From assembly GCF_009914755.1 (NCBI RefSeq), contig NC_060926.1: DNA of 64,000 nucleotides, one strand, 5' to 3'. Within the stretch, counting starts at the first letter, position 1. Each line of letters starts with the position of its first letter. This DNA is from the human T2T-CHM13v2.0 reference genome, Homo sapiens. This document shows, piece by piece, positions 17,675 to 32,039 of this stretch. A program made the position numbers and the translations under genes. The notes under the pieces were generated by a model. It was not told the DNA's origin. It worked only from the letters and a program-made list of their open reading frames with translations, and searched no databases.

Positions 17675-18781
17675 GTTTTAAGTAGTCACATCAAATAAAA
17701 ATGCTAACCTAAAATTTTTGAGTTTGAGTCGCACTTTAATGTCAATAAAATCAGACCATATACTCAAATTATAATATTTTAGTCTGAGCCAACAATTAGG
17801 CAAGTGTTTAGAAAAATACAACCCAATTTACTCTGTCTTCTGGTAGGAAGTGAAGGGTATGGTAAGCCACATTAAATATTCCAGGCTACTATGATAAATT
17901 GGTAGATCATAAGAGATAAGGAAATTTGTTTTCATCTGGGGTATATTCTTACCACTTCAATACTGTTAGACTATGTTAATAGTCTAACTCTAAAAGTACC
18001 AGCTCCATTTTTTTGTACCAAACATACTGACATAACTAAGATGGTATACTATGAATTAACTGCTATTTGATGCCACTCCAACTGGTAAAACAGAACAACA
18101 AATCTTTAAGAGAAAAAAAAGCTTGGTTAAAAGGTCAGATGCATTCCTATCATTCAAAAGTCATTCAGAACAAAGTTCAAATATATTCTTCAGAAAAGTT
18201 TGTACTTCTCATTACTCTACAGATATATCCTCACCATATTACAGAAATTGCTTTTACCAGGGTCCTCTAATTTCAATTAAAATGTATATTTTTAGTACTC
18301 TTTTAAGGTTGTTACCTACTGTTTCTTATCCTGAAATTCTCTTACTTATTCCATTTTCTCTGCCTAAAATGTCCTTCTTCTCCTAATGTTCTCCTTCTCA
18401 ACTCCCTGTCCCCCAATATCTCCTAAGTCCAACCGTTAGTTATACAACTTAGCATTCTAACAGGATGAAGTATGATGCTTGTGCAGGGAAAATGGAGTTG
18501 CAAAGCCTTTGTATAGGCTCATTTTACGCCCCACAAGAGCTCTGGTTTCCAATGTGTGTGGAGTACCCATGGGCATGGGCTATATATCAACTGAAGTCTG
18601 GATACAAACTTACATATACATGTGTATGTATACGTGTGTGGGGGTACAGGTGTATTATAGGCATGTGTATAAATATATATTATATATATATATTTAATGA
18701 GAACAAGCACATTTTTTGTTTAGTTGATTCACTGAAATTATTACTTTTAGTTTCTATTTTATCCCATGCTTAAAAAGTCGT

Positions 18782-19313
18782 GACCCAGCCATCCCGTTAC
18801 TGGGTATATACCCAAAGGATTATAAATCATGCTGCTATAAAGACACATGCACACGTATGTTTATTGCGGCACTATTCACAATAGCAAAGACTTGGAACCA
18901 ACCCAAATGTCCAACAATGATAGACTGGATTAAGAAAATGTAGCACATATACACCATGGAATACTATGCAGCCATAAAAAATGATGAGCTCATGTCCTTT
19001 GTAGGGACACGGATGAAGCTGGAAACCATCATTCTCAGCAAACTATCGCAAGGACAAAAAACCAAACACCGCATGTTCTCACTCATAGGTGGGAATTGAA
19101 CAATGGGAACACATGGACACAGGAAGGGGAACATCACACACCGAGGACTGTTGTGGGGTGGGGGAGGGGGAAGGGATAGCATTAGGAGTTATACCTAATG
19201 CTAAATGACGAGTTAATGGGTGCAGCACACCAACATGGCACATGTATACATATGTAACAAACCTGCACGTTGTGCACATGTACCCTACAACTTAAAGTAT
19301 AATAATAAAAAAA
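18782..19313 (+). mobile_element. Young 5'-truncated L1PA (PA3/PA4-like) 3' end in intron 7
   Basis: Close to the recent L1 3' consensus with several CpGs retained; TSD AAAAAGT(C/T)GT at 18772-18781 and 19310-19319. Confidence 0.93.
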
Positions 19314-19358
19314 AGTTGTCTCTTTTCTATGTGTTTCATAATGTACACAATCTTTTAA

Positions 19359-19785
<427 letters not shown>

Positions 19786-20064
19786 TAACCAATCTGCTAG
19801 GCACTCTTCTTCCAACAGGGTGAAGTAGAGGGTAGAGAGAGGGGGAAGGAAGCAAAAAAGACTTTCTTCCCCCAAAGGCCAATTATTTCAAATGCAAATT
19901 TCAAATATCTTTGAATCTGTTTTTTATTTAAACATAACTGATGTCAGTTTCAATTTTACATTTATGTCGATGATTATTTGATTACTGAGGAAACTACTGT
20001 ATCCCTCATATCTAGTATAGTTTCTGGTCAAATTAAAAATAATAGATAACATTATTTGAATATT

Positions 20065-20272
20065 TATTGTGTTTGTTAACTCATTTCATACTCACAAAAT
20101 TCCTACAAGGTTGGTTTTAACAATTATTCCCATTTTAAAGATGAGGAAAATGTGGCAGATAGAAGTGAAGTAACTAGTCCACAAGCCACATAGCCAATGT
20201 GTAGTTGAACTATGATTGGATTCAAGCAGTCTTACTCTACAGCCCTGCTCTTCAACTGGATGGTACAATGCC
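20065..20272 (-). mobile_element. MIR
   Basis: CCCATTTTAAAGATGAGGAAAATGTGGCAGATAGAAGTGAAGTAACT core. Confidence 0.8.
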
Positions 20273-20398
20273 ACCTAGTATCTAAGTGCTTAATAATAAT
20301 TAAATAATAAATAAAAGAATAAATAAAACTTATTCAAATTGAGAAGTTATTCAAAGATTCTGTCATACAACAAATATAAAATTTACTGGGAACCTCAC

Positions 20399-20511
20399 CC
20401 TTGCTTTTCTTGAAAATGTGACATCTTTTCTTCAATCTCATTTTTAGTATCTATGTATTTTACAACTTCATCTGCTCTTTTTTCTAGTGATCTCCATTTT
20501 TGGTTTCTTTT
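20399..20511 (-). CDS. ZSWIM2: ZSWIM2 exon 7
   Basis: ttacag|AAA...CAA GG|gtgagg; KRNQKWRSLEKRADE...QEKQ; 113 nt. Confidence 0.96.
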
Positions 20512-21224
20512 CTGTAATAGGTAAAAGTAGATGTTACTTTGCAAAGTCGTGGATATTTTCATTTTGTGGAGAAAAATTAGTTGGTTGCATATCAATAATG
20601 TGAACAATACACAATATTTTAAGCATATATATTATTTTTCAACATGTTAAAGTACTTACAAATTATTAGTCTCATATTGTATTGCATAGCTACTATAATG
20701 GCATTACTTTTTAAGGTAAAAAATAACAATAATTGTGTATGTTTTATTTTATCTTGTCTGGTAAGTAGAAGGTAGTGTTATTATTCAGCATCAGGAGATA
20801 CTTTTTAAGTGTACGGTTTAAATTATCCCAGTAAAGTTCCATGTTTCATTATTGCTTATGTAAGAAAATTTAAGAGAAAATCATAAATGTTTTGGTTTTA
20901 CGTTATAAGCCAATTTGTAATGTTGAGAGCTTTTTAAAAACTAATGTTCAAGTTTGATGGCTATAATTTCTGTTCTGAAAATTTATTCATAATGTCATCA
21001 GATGTTTCTTATAGTATTAGATTTTATAAATTACCAGTGTAAGAACTGGTTGCTTTGTGCATCCTTATGAAAAAGAGTTCTCCTAAAAATATGGCTTTAG
21101 GTTTGTATTAAAAACCAATCAGCTCTGTTCCACAGTGTTATGTATTCTTCTTATTCTTACACTGACTTAGCTCTACAACAGGACAAATAGAAACACTGTA
21201 TTAGATTCAAGATGGATACTGTAC

Positions 21225-21309
21225 CTCACGAAATGTAAACGTGTGGGAAAGATGGCAGCAGCTATCAAAACATTCCTGGCATAAGTGATATTCTATGCAT
21301 TCGGTACAC
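21225..21309 (-). CDS. ZSWIM2: ZSWIM2 exon 6 (ZZ finger second half)
   Basis: ttttag|G TGT...GAG|gtacag; CTECIEYHLCQECFDSCCHLSHTFTFRE; 85 nt; too short for the ORF track. Confidence 0.96.
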
Positions 21310-21440
21310 CTAAAAATACAAAACATCAAAACACGCAAGAAAAAAAAATCCAATTATTGTGATGGTTTTGGGTGAAAAATTCTGACCAAAACTTCCTGGG
21401 AACAATCCAAACATGACAAGGTTCACCTCAAGTCACACTG

Positions 21441-22262
21441 TGTATTAGTTTCCTGTTGCTGCTGTAAAAATTTACTACAAACTTAACTTAAACTGCACAA
21501 ATGTATTATCTTACAGTTCCATTGGATAGAAGTCTGAGATGAGTTTCAATGTGTTAAAACCAAGGGGTTGGCAGGGCTGTGTTACTTTTAGGGGGCTCTA
21601 GGGGAGAATCTATTTCCTTGCTCTTTCCATCTTCTAGAGTAGGGGTCCCCAACCCCAGGCGCTGACCTGGTCTGTGGCCTGTTCAGAACCGGGACATACA
21701 GCAGGAGGTGAATTGTGGGAGAGCAAATCTCCTCCTTCTGTCAGATCAGCGGTGGCATCAGATTCTCATAGGAGTGTGAACCCTATTGTGAACTGCGCAC
21801 ATGAGAGATCTAGGTTGTGTGCTCCTTATGAGAATCTAATGCCTGATGATCTGAGGTGGAACAGTCTCATCCTGAAACCATCCCCCAATAACCCCCATGG
21901 AAAAATTGTCTTCCAAAAAACTGGTCGCTGGTGCCAAAATGTTTGAGGACTGCTGTTCTAGAGACTGCCTACATTTATTAGCTTGTGACCCTTTTCCTCC
22001 ATTTTCAAAACAAACAACGTAGCATCTCTCTGCCTTTCTTCCACAGTCACATTTCCCTCTGACTTTCTTGCCTCCCTCTTCTACTTTTAAGAACCTGTAT
22101 GATTATACAAGACTTATCCAAGCAATCCAGGATAACCTCTTTATTTCAAGGTCAGTGATTAGAAACCTTAATTTCATCTGCAACCTTAATTCCTCTATGA
22201 CATACAAGTTCTGGGCGTAAGGATGTGGACGTTTTAGGAAGTCCATTATTTTGTCTACCACA
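21441..22262 (-). mobile_element. MLT1 (MaLR) solo LTR interrupted by MER1
   Basis: TGTATTAGTTTCCTGTTGCTGCTGTAA start and TCTACCACA end. Confidence 0.85.
21640..21955. mobile_element. MER1B-like hAT-Charlie DNA transposon
   Basis: Degenerate TIRs (TAGGGGTCCCCAACC / GTTTGAGGACTGCTG) and an exact 8-bp TSD TTCTAGAG at 21632-21639 and 21956-21963. Confidence 0.9.
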
Positions 22263-24584
22263 TGCCCCTTCCATGATGCCTTCTCAGACTACCTTAGCTT
22301 TCATTTACCTCTTTCTCTACATTCTTACAGGATGTACAGTCTATTAGATATTCTGTCATTTGATTATCCAGTGCTGCTTTCCAGTTGTTTCATGAATGCC
22401 AGAGTTAGAGTTGGCAGCATACTTCTTGAAAATAAAAATTATATTATTTTTTCCCCACAGAATGGAAAAAGGTAAACATATAAAAGATCTCAATAAAAAC
22501 TATTGACAAGTCAAAAAAACCCACTTTCCATAAAAGCCCAATCTCAAGGTTATATTGTTTATAAAAATTTTGTCACAAGTAGAGGATTTTAAATTACTTG
22601 CAACATAATTTACCAAACTGAAAATATTCTGAGCAGTAGTCAAGTAAACTTATTATTCAAGTTATCAAATATTTAGAAGATTATTGCCATGAGAAATTTA
22701 AGAAAATATGTCCCTCAGACATCTTAAAAGAAGCAACTGCTAATTTATTCATTATTACTCTTTGTACATACAGGGAAGATTTTAATAATTAACACCAATG
22801 GGTTGGACAAATGGTGCCATTTATTCAATACATCAAAGTATGCTGGGCTAAAAAAAGTTAAGCATCTCTGTATTTTAACATATATCTAGTAATTTCGGAA
22901 TTAACCTCTTAAAAGATGAAGTAGTTAAATTCTGAAATTCTGATGAAGAAGGAATGAAGAAACTTTCTAGTTAATCTTGTCTCCTACTCAATGTGTTCCT
23001 AAAGGAAATGGAAATAGTTTTTCAGACTGATGACTGAAATGTCAGTACTCAAGGGAATGGAAGATGGATGGAGTCACACACATTGAAAATGCATTCTTTA
23101 ATTTGTAAAAGAGAATGGAGACAGAGATGAGTAATTGTTAGCCAGATCCGTAGAGGAGAAGTTATGAGACAAGAAAAGATTCTCAAAGGGGAGTGTAGGG
23201 TCACTAGTGGGCAGGGGGCAGGATAGTGGGCCATGTGTTTACTTAGTAGGAAGAATAATGCCCCAGGACAGAAAGAGCAGTCAGAAAGCTCTGAGTGACA
23301 GGAGTGCACTGTCATCAACAACATACCTAAGCAATATTTGTACTAAAGCTGCCTGTAAACCATTTGGGGAACATTGATTGTAAGCACTGAGAATTTTACA
23401 CTGTGGCCCTCACATGTCCTTGTTCCCCCACATGTCCCAGCCCCCACTTTTACATGTGACCTTATCCCCTCCATGACTGGTCCTATCCACCCCTCTTGAG
23501 AAAATTTAAATGCCCATACGATGGCTGCTAATACCAAAGATCAAGTCCTTCCTTTTCCTGGAATCCTCTTTGACCAACATTCCTGAACCTAGCTGAATAT
23601 CCCTTATTAAAAATTTATAAAAATTCTGTACTTCCACCCCAAGTTAGAATCCTCCCTAGGAGCCTTCTCAGGCCAGCCATTTTCCAGTAAATACTTTTGT
23701 TAATAATCAACTTTCTTTTGTGTTACACATACAGAAAACAAAACTAAATTCAAAGGAGAAAGGTATAATTTGCTGTTGGATGTGATAATGTTTTACGGTT
23801 TTATGACAGAGTTTTAATATATATATAAATTAGATTGGGCTCATCATAATGTAATTCAAGAAGGCTGAAAAATAAACTGATACATTTCAAAAAAATGTGA
23901 CAAAGATTGAAATAATGTTTTCTTCTTAATGTACTGTTAACTTAAAATTTTAATTAAGAAAATACAAATTTCCTAGGCATAGCAATTAATTTATGTTTTA
24001 TCGTGAGAATTGTGGGAAAGTTTGGGGGTTACTCACAGTGAAAATTGTTTGCTCTAATAATTACTATGTTTTTGTAGTTGTTGAAGTATAAGATATGAAA
24101 TAAAACAAAACCTGTACTCATTGCCATTTGGAGTAGGGGGGACTGGATTAAATATTCAGTCAATCCAGTCAATGTCTCTCTGGCCCAATCTTCGGAATTT
24201 TTGGCAATGACTTCAAAGGTAGTTCAAAGAAAGTTACAGAGGGTGAGAGATCCAGCAAGGCTCTAAGCTTGGAAACCTATGTAGGCTAAAGCCACCTATC
24301 CTGTGTCCAGAGCTTCTAGGATGGGGTGCTACTTCAGACCCAATCTGGACCAGAGCTCAAACCAATACCCTTGAACAGGAGAAGAAAATAAAACGATTGG
24401 AGTTCCTGAGATACTGGACTGAGATAGAAGTCAGTCTGTGAGTCCTAAATAAGCAGTCGTCACACAAGTCAAACAGTATATGCAGGAAGAGGGAGGCTAC
24501 AGAACGGGTACTCTAATGCTCAAAGTTTCCTGATGTAAAAAAATAAAAAAGAACACATGCTTATAATTTACGGATAACACTTAC

Positions 24585-24833
24585 TTATAACACTTCCCCT
24601 CAATTGGAAACTGTTTGCAGTTATTACAGGGAATCCCAAGGTGTTTGTCCAGTCTCTCTTTTTCTGCTGCAGCTACTAGTTTGCTAGAGTTTTTGAATTC
24701 CTCCAAAATCAGTTTTAATGGTGCAAACTCTTTCCTGCACAGAGGACATTTCAACATGGAAGTGTTTGATGTACTCTGATAATTAGCTAAGATCTTCATG
24801 CATTTTATATGAATACTATTGCCACAGCCAAAC
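24585..24833 (-). CDS. ZSWIM2: ZSWIM2 exon 5 (end of RING1, start of ZZ)
   Basis: catag|G TTT...TAT AA|gtaagt; FGCGNSIHIKC...KCPLC...PCNNCKQFPIEGKCY; 249 nt. Confidence 0.97.
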
Positions 24834-25924
24834 CTATGAGAGATAAAATTGAAGTTTACCATTTGTATAGAGCAGTTTTACATATCCATTGTATATATAT
24901 ATATATATTATATATATATTTATATAAATAAAATTTCCTGTGCTACCATCTTTATTCCACAAAAAAATAGATTCTGAACTGATTTTCAGCTATAGCTTGA
25001 TTACACACACACACTCACTCATTCTAGTAATCTATCATCTTTAATACATCAGAATTCCAAACTTAAATTTTCCTTCATTCCAATGAAATGGTGAAAGATT
25101 TTGCATCATTAAAATATTTTCATTTGTAAAGTGAGAATGAATATAGGCTTAACACAAAGGAGAATAATAATTATTATTATTTTAATAAAATGCTTCACTG
25201 AGAGCAGGGGTGCCACCATACTTTTCCAGAAGTCACACAATACATGGTAGTACCAAAGAAATATCTGCTGAGAGAAATACCATTTTGGAAAGTAGTTAAT
25301 AATTTTACAATATGCAATAGAAGCAGACACATGAACAACTACAGTGTGGACAAAAGTTTTGTTAAATTATCAGAAGAAAAAAGAATGATCAGGAGAAAAA
25401 AATTGCAATGGAAAATGACTGTCCAAATTTTTCAAGTCCAACTTTATAGTGCTGTGAAGAAAAGTATGAACATTAGACTCTCAATAAAGATTTAAAGTAT
25501 AATAAAAAAATTAAAAATAAAATAAAATAAAAGTAGACAGCTGATCTGAGGTCTAACAAAACAAGAATTGGTTATGTAGACAGAATGAAAGGGATGAAAG
25601 AAATATTATTGTTGGCATTAATGAGTAAAAAAAAAAAAAGATTTGTACATATGTGAAAATTGAATTATTTAGGTTTAAAGATAGAATTTTGAAAAACTAA
25701 AAATAATTTTTGTAATTTCAAAGTAAAATAATCTTTACTTTCAGAAAAGTCTTTATAACTATAATAAACCATCACATTTATTCATGTGTATAAAATAAAA
25801 ACACAGAAATTACTCTACCCTTGTTACTTAAGGTGGGAAGAGGAATAATTGTGGAATTATGTTTCAGTTTTTACCCTTGTAGTGTAGCTCAGAAAGATTT
25901 AGAGTAAGAGCATATATTTAGCTC

Positions 25925-26090
25925 AAAACATATATATACACACACATATATATGTTGCTTCCTAACATATATGTTATATATAATATATATATTTCTATGA
26001 TATATATTTATATATTATAGATATTATATTTATATTGTAATATATTATAATATATTTATATTATATATATTATATATATGTGTGTGTGTT
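25925..26090. repeat. (TA)n-rich low-complexity tract
   Basis: Imperfect TA/ATT repeats ending in (TG)n. Confidence 0.85.
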
Positions 26091-26237
26091 AGGAAATAAA
26101 AGAATGTTAATTAAGTATAAATTAGCAGTAGGTAAAGTTGTCTATTTTTTCCCTATCATGTCTCCTAAGGTAATAAATCAGAAATATGTTTTAGAATTTT
26201 TAATTAGTTTTAAGAATCTAAAGAAAAAGTACATCAC

Positions 26238-26448
26238 CTGCAAAAGGTGACAGGAAGCTTTTTCTCTAAAAGTAGCTCTTGACAAATAGAGCAGATATCC
26301 TCTGAATCAATTTCCTTCTGTTTAATGTACCCATCTTCTTCAACATGTTCATTTTCGTCATTTGTTCCTGGTTGGGGAGTTTGAACTCGATGTATCCCCC
26401 GAAGCAAGTCACTTATCTCTCTTTCTCCAAGACCCAGTTGTAAAGCAG
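26238..26448 (-). CDS. ZSWIM2: ZSWIM2 exon 4 (start of RING1)
   Basis: cactag|CT...TGC AG|gtgatg; ALQLGLGEREISDLL...EDICSICQELLLEKKLPVTFC; 211 nt. Confidence 0.96.
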
Positions 26449-27649
26449 CTAGTGAGAAATCCCAAAGTATTAAAATCCAGTCATAAAATTGGAGCTACAG
26501 AGAGGTAACAACTTATGCTGAAAGTTAGAATTTTCTTTCAAATATCAGAGAGACAGTTTTGATTGAATTATCACACTGACATTGACCCCTTCTTTACATT
26601 TTTTTCAGAGCCAAAATGTCAGAAAAGAGTCATTTAAAAAAATATAAAAATTATTATTTTTTCTTGTAACTGAAAAAGAGTCAATGCAAACAGTGCACTT
26701 GAATATGATAGTGTTCATCCTTGGATTGGTGTTACAATCATGTCTTATACTTCGACCTGTTCACTAGTCCATAAACAAATATTTTGTCAACATATAAGAA
26801 TATTAAAATAAATGGGACATGAATACATGAGGAGGAAACTGATATCCGAGTAGCTACTGTAATTATTTGTTAGATGAATAAGTGAATTAAATAATAATGG
26901 AAGAGCAAGACTTAATTAATTGTGCCTATTTTCTGTTTCTGTTTTGTGTACCTACAAAAGCGTGTCTCATTAGTCTTATCCTCAACAGATTTGGTCAGTG
27001 TTTCTCAGGACAATCTATTAGTTACTATATTGCTTGCACCATTGGGATGTGCATTTTTTGAATTCTGTATTTTCTCTATCCTGCAATCCTTAAAGGAATG
27101 ATGTTCTAAGTGCCTATAGTATTGATCAGGGAATCCTAGATTCTTCATTCCTTGGCCCATCCCTTTGCTGCTTCCCCCTTCCATCTCCTACTCCTGAACA
27201 TGTCATAATTTAAATGCTAGTTGTTATCGGTCCCCTGCCTTCTATTGATTTTATGTATCTTTTTAATATATATGAATTAAAAATTATTTCCAAGATAATG
27301 AAATGCTCTGTTTTTCTGGAAAGACCCCCCCAACTAAACACTAAAATACTGAAAACATCACAGTTACATTTCAATACAGAAATCGCGGTTCCCTGTCAGA
27401 TGTTATGGCAAGTGGATTGTGGGAGGGCATCATACATTAATTAACCATTACTTTGCGGAAGAAGGGCTATTTGTCACAAAGACACAGCAACATCTGCTCT
27501 CTAAAAAAGGAGAGAAAAATAAAGAACAAAATATTGTGCTTTGGGGAATAAAGATGCACTGGGGCAGCAGAAATACTGAAGAATAAAATTTCATAAAAGA
27601 AGCTGGCCACAAACTGTTCTGTGTGGTAAAATGTGAATTGGAAAATAAA

Positions 27650-29150
27650 AGGAAGAAACAAACTCTTCTAAAATGAATTCGGAAAAATTAATGTATAAGA
27701 CTATGCAGGAATATTTTGAAAGAGAAGAGCAAGACAGCTAACCGGGACTGACATCACAATGTGTTGTACAAGTAATAAATGTAATAATATATGAGATGCT
27801 CTAAATAATAAACATTGTTAAACAAAGAGGAAAAGAAGGATTATCCAATAACTGTTAACTGAGATAACTGGGTGGCAATATGGAGAAAATTAACTCAAAC
27901 CAAATACCAACCTCCAACTTATACCAAAACAACTACACACTGGTGCTATTATATAATAAAGAACAAAAATAATAAAATGAGCAGAAAAAACTCCAAAGGA
28001 CTATTGATACTATGGAAGAAAGACAATTTTTAAAGGGTTGAAACAATAAACATGAAAAGAACAGATGATCCAATTTAATAACACAAAAACTCCTATATGT
28101 AACAAAATTTAATAAAGCCATAGAGAAAAAACTTATAGCAGATTAGAAAAACATTTGAAAAAAGTAATGCTTATAATAATTAAGAAATGTTTGCAGTTTT
28201 ATCCTAATAAATAGCCAAAATACAATTCACATAAAACACAAATAGTAAACAAGGCAGTGGAAGATGTTCAATTTTATTTGCATCAAAGGCAAATGAGTTA
28301 AAATAAGAATAAAGCACAGACACTAAAACTGACTGAATAAACACTAATAAACGTTACTATTTGTTTGCCTTATGTTATTTCTTTTGTATTTAAAAAAGTT
28401 ATTTGAAGGCATTTTAGATCTTCCATAAAGGAATGTTAAATAAATATACCAGAGAATAGAAACTATTTTCTTATTTAACTTACCAGGCATTGATAGATTA
28501 CTTTGAACCTTGTATCTGGTATTTTTCCTGCTTTGTGTGGCTTTCTTTCCAAAATTATAGAAATATTACTAACATGGCAAAATATTTCTATGTGTCTTTA
28601 TTTTCATATTTCTTAAATATGCTGTTAATATCTTTCTTTGTATGCTTAAGTACTATAGTTAAAATGTGCCAAAAACATGAATCCAAAAAACAAATAAAAC
28701 TTAAAGAAATTGACATATTTCTGAAATCACTGTAAATCAGCAAAAGTATTCTGAAAACATATTTGGCAATACATGGGGGGGAGACATAAAAATATTAACA
28801 CTTCTACTCCAAAACACAGTAAGACTTTAGGCTAAGGAAATATTTGAAAAGAACAAAAAGCTTCACGTACAAAGAATATAACAAGCAGTTAGAAATAAAT
28901 GCCTAATAGTGGAAGAATGTTAAATTGCTTATAATATACCATATTTAGTGAAATATTAGCTAGCCTTTAATGACTTTCATTACAGAGATTATATAGCATG
29001 AAAATATAAGGTAACAGTGTGATAAAAGCAGAACACAGAATTCTGACAGGCTATTAGGCTGTTTTATGATATATATAAAATCATAAAAGGGAAAATAGAA
29101 AATAAAAAGTTTACATCTTTCTGGTGAGAATTTAGAAAAATTTCCTTTAA
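27650..29150 (+). mobile_element. Highly decayed L1M fragments
   Basis: A-rich strand with degenerate L1 ORF2/3' motifs (GATAACTGG..GCAATATGG, AAGATGTTCAATTT); boundaries uncertain. Confidence 0.45.
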
Positions 29151-29974
29151 TGAGGTTTTAATTTTATTCATAATTATTTAATTCCAAAAAGAAGATAGTA
29201 TTCACTAGTTATTGTATTTAAAAGGAACTATCAGGTGGTAAATCTAGCTTTTTTTGGGAAAATGTTTGTGAATAAAAGAATGTTCAGTGTTCAAAAATTA
29301 ACATTTTTCATAATAATATTCCCATATAATCATTTTTGTCGGTCTTTGAAAAGAGAGTCTCAGGTTTCTTATATGCAACACTGGAATGTAGATAATTGCT
29401 TCCAGATTCCTTTTAGAAAAGAATCTCTGAATGATGTTCAAAACATTCCTCTTCCATTACAAGTAACATTCCCTCCACACTTATTTAAACGCTATACATA
29501 ATCCTAATGAGTAATTATTTATAGTTTTCTTTATTTTTCATGTATGTTTATTCTAGCTTTAATTTAAATGATAAATTTAAGATCGCTAAGACTTTCTTTG
29601 AATATTATTAGTCTCTAGTATTACATTGTACACATGGGATTTTCTCAATGCCTACTAATTAAAATTTCTTTTAAATACAAGACATAAAAAATCTTTATTT
29701 CAGAAGGAAATATAAACTCTCAAATTATAAAGGATTAATTTTAAACATTAAAAAATTCCCTACTGTAGACTGAATGGTTGCTGTCTTCGATAAGTGCAAA
29801 GAATAATAATACAATGTAATATATTAAATTGATCAATACAAAATTGCTGTGTTTGCAGATAAAAGACATTCATATACTAGCAATACATACGATTCAATTT
29901 ATAAAAAGCACCTAGCAGAGCTCCTAGCTAATATGTGGTACAATAAATATTTGTTGAATTTAATTGGGTAGAAC

Positions 29975-30457
29975 TGCACTGTTGAATATGGTAGCCATTA
30001 GCCACAGGTAGCTATTGTGTACTTGAAATTTGACGAGTGTGACTGACAAAACAAATTTTAAATTTTGTTAAATTAAAAATTTAGTTTTTAACTTAAAGCT
30101 GATAATCTATAGTTACAGAAAAATGTATAAGTATGTAACAATTTGGATATGTGAATCTATTTTTCAGCTACAAATTTTGAGGAAGTCTATATACAGATCA
30201 AATATTTCCATTGAAAATATAGTGTCAGAGTTGAGATCTACTGTAAGTATAACAAACATGCTAGATTTTGAAGACAGTATAAAAAAAGTAAAATAGTTCA
30301 TAACTTTTATATTGATTACACGTTGACACAATAATATTTTGATGTACTGGCTTAAGTTAAAATACATATTAAAGTTACTTCCCTGTTTCTTTTTACTTCT
30401 TATAATATGGCTACTAGAAAATTACATATGTATGTTATATTTCCATTGGACAGCCTC
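29975..30457. mobile_element. MER3/MER33-type hAT-Charlie element
   Basis: CTGCACTGTTGAATATGGTAGCCATTAGCCACA start and TATATTTCCATTGGACAGC end. Confidence 0.7.
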
Positions 30458-30689
30458 AGTATTGAAGCTTGTGAAAATGATATGGAAGAATAGTGTAGAG
30501 AATAAGACTTTGGAGAGAGGGTCAACATTTAACTTCAGTGAATACAATGGAGAAGTCAAAAAGAAAACAATATGTATAAAACCATACAACCTAGTCATCA
30601 CGCATGAAGGGACTGAGAGAGAGGCTTAAGAAGAGGCTGACATTTTAGAAAGAATCTGCCTATCTAGAAGGTGAAAGACAAAGTGCAAA

Positions 30690-31150
30690 GTTCAGGCATT
30701 GGAAACAAGGAGGCTACACAGAATGGTACTAAGGGCTGAGGAAAGTGGAACAAAGGTAAGAATGAGTATGGAGAAATAGAAACACTTGAGAAATATGTAG
30801 GATGTAAAACAAGCAGGATTTGTGGTATGGGTAGATACATGGCAGAAGAGGACGAGAGAGAAAAAAATCAGAGAGAATATCAAGGTTTACAGCTTTGAAG
30901 AGAAAATAAAAAGGAAAGCCAGTATGTGAGGTAGGGAATCTAAGAGGGGAGCACAGATGGAGAAATCAGTATTTAAGATGCCCATGGGACCTCCAAATTG
31001 AGCTTCCCAGAAAGCAACTGGAAATACTGGTCTGCTGCTAAGATTGGGAATCACTGATACAGAGTTAACAGTTGGAGACATGGAAAATGGGAGACATTTC
31101 TAAAAAAATATGTAGAGTGAAAAAAGAGAAAATCCCTGTGAAACACTAAT
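30690..31150 (-). mobile_element. L2 fragment
   Basis: TTTAAGATGCCCATGGGACCTCCAAATTGAG...AGATTGGGAATCACT L2-like motifs. Confidence 0.55.
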
Positions 31151-31998
31151 GGTAATTAATTATCTGGTATAATTTTTAAAATATGTTTACTGTGATTGTA
31201 ATTGTATAATAGCTAGGGGGAAATAAACTTGCCTAAATAAAACCAATTCTTTTTGAATAGAAAAAATTTAAAACTAATTATCACTTTAATTATTCATGAA
31301 TATCAGAAACATTTATTAATACTTTTAAAAATGCAGTTGTTAGATGGGTCTAGTATTGGTCAAACAATTCCTTAACTGCAGTTAACCCTTTGACAATGAC
31401 AGTATCTTTATTATAAGATGTACAAATTTAAGTGACCTGTATTGCAATTATTTTTCTTTCTCTCTTATTTTTGAGAACTCTGGAATTTAAACTTATATAA
31501 ATATATAACTGACTCCAAACTCAATTTAAGTACTCACTTAAAAACTACATTTTACTCTGCTTTTGTTTAGCAAAACAATTTCATTCAGCAAACATTTTTG
31601 AATAAAATAATGTGCCATGCCAACAGTCTATTTCTGGGATCTAAAAAAATCACATTTGCTATTTTTCTCACAATTAAAATAATTTTAGACACAGAAACCA
31701 CTGTAACCTTTTCTTAGAATACGTAAATGTTTTCCTACTTAATAACTGGCCATTGTTTCATACCTGTTTTTATTAAGTGCCTATGAGTTTGAAAATGACA
31801 TATAAAGTTACATTTTTTTAAAGATGAAAAATGTTCCAAGTGTCTTAAGTTTAAGAAGCTGAGCTACTGATAGTTACGATTCCCTAGAAAAGTAACCATC
31901 TAAATTTAGAAAATGTTAAATAAAACATTCTTATATTTGTTAACTTCAAAGTAGTAAAATAAAAAAAAAACACAAAAAACCCAAACCCCAAAACTTAC

Positions 31999-32039
31999 AT
32001 TCATGGTTCCTTGGAAGCTTGAATTTTTTCAACAAGACC
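31999..32039 (-). CDS. ZSWIM2: ZSWIM2 exon 3 (41-nt micro-exon)
   Basis: gttag|G GTC TTG...GAA T|gtaagt; (W)VLLKKFKLPRNHE; phases match exons 2 and 4. Confidence 0.94.
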